Part shown: piece after piece, positions 58,799 through 64,000 of the stretch | Layout of the letters: each line of letters starts with the position of its first letter | Numbering within the stretch: the first letter of the stretch is position 1 | Assembly: GCA_051294375.1 (NCBI GenBank) | Contig: CM119263.1 | Coordinates: 2,663,583 to 2,727,582 of the forward strand | DNA length: 64,000 nt | Reading direction: 5' to 3' | DNA from: Paraspadella gotoi | Taxonomy: Eukaryota; Animalia; Chaetognatha | Notes under the pieces: generated by a model | Told to the model about the DNA's origin: nothing | Seen by the model: only the letters and a program-made list of their open reading frames with translations | The model's database searches: none | Translations under genes and position numbers: made by a program

Positions 58799-58883
<85 letters not shown>

Positions 58884-59027
58884 ACTCCCTTTTTGCATTT
58901 TTCATTAGACTACGGTTTTACGCTTCTATGTTTAGCTTATTTTGTCGATATTCATTCTTCATTCATACATTTTAAAGATGATATTATATTCCATATTCCT
59001 TAACATTATAATCTTGTTAATCATCAT

Positions 59028-59063
<36 letters not shown>

Positions 59064-59490
59064 TTTCTCTTTTGGTGACGTTAAATCGACATAATTCGTA
59101 ATTCGTAATTCGTAACTCGTCTCCTTAATCTTATATTCAAAACCTTTTTTTTCTAAACATCGTTTTTGCTTTTTGAATTTTAAATTGAATTCTCCAAAAA
59201 TGTTAAGACCAAATTTAGTGTCAGCTCACCGATTCACTCTCTTTTTAACTCCTCAAAAAATCCCTTTTAAAATTAGAATTTTAATGTTTAATGTTTAATC
59301 CAATCGATGGGAAAAACTATTTCAATTTACTAAAGGCGTCTCATTACTTATCCGTTTATCGCTGTCGTCGTCGTCGTCGTTGCTGTTTTTGTATGACAGC
59401 GTTCAAAACCTCCAAAGGTAACTTTTTTAAAATAAAACCTTAGTTACTTGATAGAAACTAAAAAAATACTAGGGTTTTCTAAAAAAAGAA
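53646..59490. repeat. Large inverted duplication: arms ~53646-56312 and ~56803-59490, ~0.5 kb spacer
   Basis: The arms are near-identical reverse complements throughout, differing mostly by small indels. Confidence 0.92.
56313..56735 (+). repeat. Direct duplicate of ~50805-51235
   Basis: Shared tatccttgcctactttttt..cataggataag, gccttcatggccgcgatatctgcc and tttggtgaagaacttcgaagac..cctcatcagagcaaaac. Confidence 0.85.
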
Positions 59491-60214
59491 AAAAAGGGAT
59501 TTTCCTAATTTCCTATAAAGTTTTTAAAGTTAAATTAAATTAGAAGTTACGTTAAGTTGAGTTAAATATAATAAGAATGGAGTTGGAGTTGGAATACCAT
59601 GATTAGAGAAAATGTGAGAAAGGGAAATACATGTGTAAAGATACAACATATACAGCAACTATTTCGCCACAAATGTAACCGAATTCGAAGTCGGATAAAT
59701 TTAGAGAAATGTGTATTATATGAGAAATAATAGTGCATTAAACTGCGCCATGAGTGAGTATTGAATTAACAACCAAGGTCACGGTGATTTTAGTTTCAAT
59801 TTGTCTTTGTTGCATTTTGGATTCTTTTTTTTAAATCTTTTTTAAGTTTTTTTTTCTTTCTTTTTTTTCCTTTTTCTTTTACTTTTTTCTTTTCTCTTTA
59901 TTTCTTTTCCTTTTCCGCTGACCTTTTCCTTTTTCCTTTCCTTTCATCCCTTCCTTATTTAATTCCTTACTTTTAACCTTTTCACCTTCTTCGAATTACC
60001 TTCCTTTTCTTTCGCCTCCTATTTTTTCTTTAACGTCCTCGACTGAAGGATGACTTCAATTTGTGGTCGCAACAACAACAACAACAACAACAACAACGAC
60101 AAAAAACGCCACGGGATCATATTTCAGGCTTCAGAATTTTTTTTTCTTTGGCGAAAAGAGAAACAAATAAGCGGAAAGAAAAAAGGAAAAGCCAAAGCAA
60201 ACAGCTCAAGCGGG

Positions 60215-60358
60215 AGAGAGAAAGCGGCCAAACTGGCCAAGGTATTTCGAGCGAAAGAGGCCAAACTGACCAAAGTATTGCTATTGAAAGAGGCCAAACC
60301 GACCAAGGTATTGCGAGCAAAAGAGGCAAAGCCAACCGAGGTATTGCGACTGAAAGAG
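60215..60358 (+). repeat. 33-bp tandem repeat, about 4 units
   Basis: aaagaggccaaactgaccaaggtattgcgagc-like units. Confidence 0.8.
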
Positions 60359-60374
60359 TACTTGTACTATTATA

Positions 60375-60455
60375 AAGTTGGTACAACCAATATAAAATTC
60401 GTTCATTCATTCTATCGACTTTAGACAGGCAATGGTGGTTTAATGCATCCATCCC
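60375..60455 (-). mobile_element. Same ~200 bp repeat, partial copy
   Basis: ttggtacaaccaatataaaatt..cattcatt...gacaggc..tggtggtttaa..tccatc. Confidence 0.5.
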
Positions 60456-61317
60456 CTTCTCAAGGTAATAACATGTGTTCTTGTGTTAAGGTCATGCAGT
60501 CCCCGAGGGCGATAGAAATGAGAGGCTGTGGACCACAAACATTATTAAGAGCGCGGAAATGATTAGAGGGGCGTCGTCTCAAACGGTGGGCGCAACTGTG
60601 GGCGCAACTGTGGGCAGCGTGGTCTAAACTGCTTCCTCGTTTTGGACGCCGAAAGATAATCAGGTTTAATCTCCTTCGCTGATGAGATTCGAGACGATAA
60701 AGGAAAATGAAAAGAACTGACATCCACCGATCATTTCTCGTTAGGAGTGATTACTGCCTCCCTCAAATGACATTGGCAGTGATAACTATCATTTTGGGAT
60801 GTCATAAAAGGCGAGAGATAAAAGAAACAAAAGCCGCAACTGCCGAGGTTAGAGAGGGAGAGTGAGTCAAGGGGCGGAGGGGGGGAGGCAATGGGGGAAA
60901 ATTGCGTGGGGGGGGGAGAGGAATGTCAAGTGATCAAAAGTGAAGGGGGCCTGGGAGGGGGAGAGGTATAGATGGATTTTGCGCTTTTGGGATGTGGTGT
61001 GAAACCACTTCACATCCGAGTGAAATTGGATCTGTGGTTAGCGGTGGACTGGAATAAGCAAACCTGTAGGAGGAATTTGCAGTACGTAGGAGAGATCGTG
61101 GGGGAGGGAAGGGGCTGGCGAATATGGAAGTGGTCAATTACGGGTGGTTAGGGGGAATCGAAAGAGGGAAGTGGGCATTTGTGGGTAGGGCGTGGGCGAT
61201 CGTCAAGGAAGCGGAAAAGACAACTCAAATGTTCAGTCGATTCTTTGTTTGGCCGAAGAAGAATCAAGAATACGAGATACATAACCAGCGTCTTAATGAG
61301 GCTCTCATGGATAATGG

Positions 61318-62120
61318 AGTGGGGAGGGAAGAGGGAGGAAGTGGAGGAGAGAGGGAGGGAGGGAGGAAATGGAGAAGGAGGGAATGGAGAGGAGGGGAGG
61401 GAGGGAGGGAGGAGGGAGGAAGTGGAGGAGAGAGGGAGGGAGAGAGGAAATGGAGGAGGGAGGAGAGAGAGAGGGAAGGAGGAGGAAGTGGAGGAGAGAG
61501 GGAGGTAGGGAGGAAATGGAGGAGGGAGGAGAGAGGGAGGAGGGAAGAGGGAGGAAGTGGAGGAGAGAGGAGGGAGGGAGGAAGTGGAGGAGAGAGGGAG
61601 GTAGGGAGGAAATGGAGGAGGGAGGAGAGAGGGAGGGAGGGAAGAGGGAGGAAGTGGAGAAGAGAGAGGAGGGAGGGAGGAAATGGAGGAGGGAGGAGAT
61701 AGGGAGGGAGGGAGGGAAGGAAGAGGGAGGAAGTGGAGGAAAGAAGGAGGGAGAGAGGAAGTGGAGGAGTGAGGAAGTGGAGGAGGGAGGAAGTGGAGGG
61801 AGGGAGGGAGGGAGGATGTGGAGGAGAGAGGGAGGAAGTGGAGGAGAGAGGGAGGGATAGAAGGAAGAGGGAGGAAGTGGAGGAGAGAAGGAGGGAGGAA
61901 GTGGAGGAGAGAGGGAGGGAGGGAGGAAGTGGAGGAGGGAGGAGAGAGGGGGAGGGAGGGAGGAAGGAAGTGGAGGAGGCAGGAAGTGGAGGAGAGAGGG
62001 AGGGAGGAAGAGGGAGGAAGTAGAGGAGAGAGGGAGGGAGGGATGGAAGAGGGAGGAAGTGGAGGAGGGAGGAAGTGGAAGAGAGAGTAAGGGAGGGAGA
62101 AAGTGGAGGAGGAAAAGGAG
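61318..62120 (+). repeat. Purine-rich degenerate repeat
   Basis: Recurrent gggaggaagtggaggagagag. Confidence 0.85.
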
Positions 62121-62504
62121 AATTAGAAGGGATAAAAAAGAAGAAAAGAAAAAGGAAGAGACGAGAAAATAAAAAAGGAAATAAGAAAAAAGATAAATGA
62201 TGATAAATTGATGAGCGAATCAGAAAAATGTTGCGAAGAATTTGGTCATAAAATGAATGAGATAAATAAACTGGAAAACTCGACGAAACGGAGGGGATAA
62301 CTGATAAGTTGGGGGGGAGGGGAATGGGGGAAGGGATGGGGAGCAGGGGATTTGAGGGAGGAGATAAAGGAGGAAAGGGGAAGTGGAGGAAGAAGAGAAA
62401 AAAGAAGAGAAAAGAAAAAGATTGAAATTTTAGGAATATTTTACCCTCAGTTGACAAACCCAAAATTTTTGGATGAGCAGATAAAAGTAAGTTATAAAGT
62501 AAGA

Positions 62505-62660
62505 AATTGCTAAAATCAATATAAAAATTATCCATTCATTTAATAAATACGAAAGCCGCGGACTTTGGACAGGCTTTGGTGTTTTAAGGCCTCTATCACT
62601 CTTACAAGATAATGACATAGCAGGTCCCTACAAGAATTCGATCAAGGCTCTCTCACAGTT
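62505..62660 (-). mobile_element. Same ~200 bp repeat, inverted copy
   Basis: aatataaaaattatccattcatttaataaat...cactcttacaagataatgacatagcaggtccct. Confidence 0.7.
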
Positions 62661-62682
62661 CAATCGAGTCTCACCAGTGATT

Positions 62683-62780
62683 TCAGATCATGTGCTCCGT
62701 CTCCGTGGGTTTCGCGCCGCAGTCCTTCAACAGCACGTCCAGCTCTCCGTGCTCCTCCAGCTGCCGCAAGCTGTCGAGAC
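62683..62780 (-). CDS. Last coding exon of a glutaredoxin-domain protein (upstream exons not found in this window)
   Basis: ccatcag|(G)LDSLRQLEEHGELDVLLKDCGAKPTETEHMI*, resembling the Grx C-terminal GG-x-D...L...G-x-L..LL helix; phase 1 start. Confidence 0.72.
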
Positions 62781-62960
62781 CTGATGGGGAAAGGGGGGGA
62801 AGCAAAAGGTGGACTTAAAAAAATTGTTGATGAACATTCAGATTTATTTTTTCCAATTCAAATTTCTTTATGCATACAGTTTTAATATCACTTTATTGTA
62901 TAATTGTAGTCGGGCATTGCCTAGGTTCACCCCGCCTATAAGCATGACACCTTCAGTCCT

Positions 62961-63148
62961 GACCCGGTGGCTCATTGAGTAAAGCCATCAGCTCATGACC
63001 ACTAGGTACCGGGTTCAATCCCAACCCGGTACCTACCCTGTGGGAAGCGTGAGGGCGGCCGTAAGCCGCCTTGGGGGCGTGGCAACCCCTCAAGCCTGGT
63101 TCCTAGCCCAGGACCCGTTCCATGGCTACTAAAGGGCGTTATAGAAGT
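62961..63148 (+). mobile_element. tRNA-derived SINE
   Basis: A-box-like tggctcattgag, ctCATga loop and B-box ggttcaatccc, followed by a ~120 bp body shared with 28835-29079. Confidence 0.7.
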
Positions 63149-64000
63149 TATGGATAGTCATCTTCAGCCCACTTAGCGCCTTATCCACATAATATTATTG
63201 TCTACTGAATGAATGTAACAACAACAATTTTCGATAACTAATCGAAAGTCGTGAAACAGTTTCTTGAAAACAGTTTTCATAAATTTCTCTTTCAATTTAA
63301 TTTTTCTTCCATTATTTTTTCTTTCCGCTTTTTTCTTCATAATCTTTTCTTTTCAAAATATTTTTCTCCTTTTTTTTCATTTTCTCATCGCTTGTTTTTC
63401 ACTCCAGCCAACGTTTCTTAATTTTCTTCTTTTCTTTTCTTTTTTTCTTATCTATCCTCTTTTCTCTTTTCTCTTTTCTTTTCTTTTCTATCCTATTTTC
63501 TCTTTTCTTTTCTTTTTTTCTTTTCTTTTTCAAACTCAGTCCTTCCTTCTTTTTCTTTTTTTCTTTCTTCCTCCATTTTGTTTATTCCCAAATTGAGATT
63601 CTTTTCTTTTATCTCGTCGCTTTTTTCCCACTTTCCTTCTTAGTTTGAATTTAATTCCTGTCGCTGCAACATGAATCTTTTTTGATAAATGTCATTTTCA
63701 TCGTCGTTGAAATTTAATTTAATTTAATTCAATTTCAATTGCATTTGTTATTTTCGCCGTCGTTCGCAAAGATAAAACATTTAAACGGATTTTATTGACC
63801 AAAATATTAAAAAACTCCGTTTATTTCTGGTTAAATCATAAGGCGGCTTTTGTTTAATTTGTCATACATGCCATTCTCAAAATAAAGAAGAGAGAGAGAG
63901 TGTAGAGAAGTTTCCGTCTCTCTACGCCGCTCCAAGTAATATCAGTTGGTCCAGGAAAGGCTCGGCTAAATACCGCAACCGACAAGGCATCCACTGACTC

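Overview
Microsatellite-rich eukaryotic DNA, probably from an invertebrate animal, in a draft assembly with about 12 N-gaps and several noisy segments. Most long ORFs in the supplied track are low-complexity artefacts. Reading exons by hand supports three intron-containing genes. (1) A + strand Lachesin/IgLON-like gene (signal peptide plus 3 Ig domains, 10 coding exons, 270-14392), with a probable GC-AG intron and indel damage in three exons. (2) A convergent - strand DCDC2-like gene (two DCX domains plus a long acidic tail, about 44946 down to 15523). (3) The last coding exon of a glutaredoxin-domain gene (- strand, 62683-62780). Introns and intergenic DNA hold a TTAA-flanked Kolobok-like element, a MITE-like family with internal telomere-like (TTAGG/TTAGGG) arrays, tRNA-derived SINEs, an unclassified ~200 bp repeat (6 copies) and many mini/microsatellites. 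The 49.7-59.5 kb region holds two fold-back inversions that are probably assembly or read artefacts. There are no prokaryotic or CRISPR-type features, and I found no clearly novel multi-gene system; the best leads are listed as findings. Family assignments rest on motifs I recall, not on database searches.
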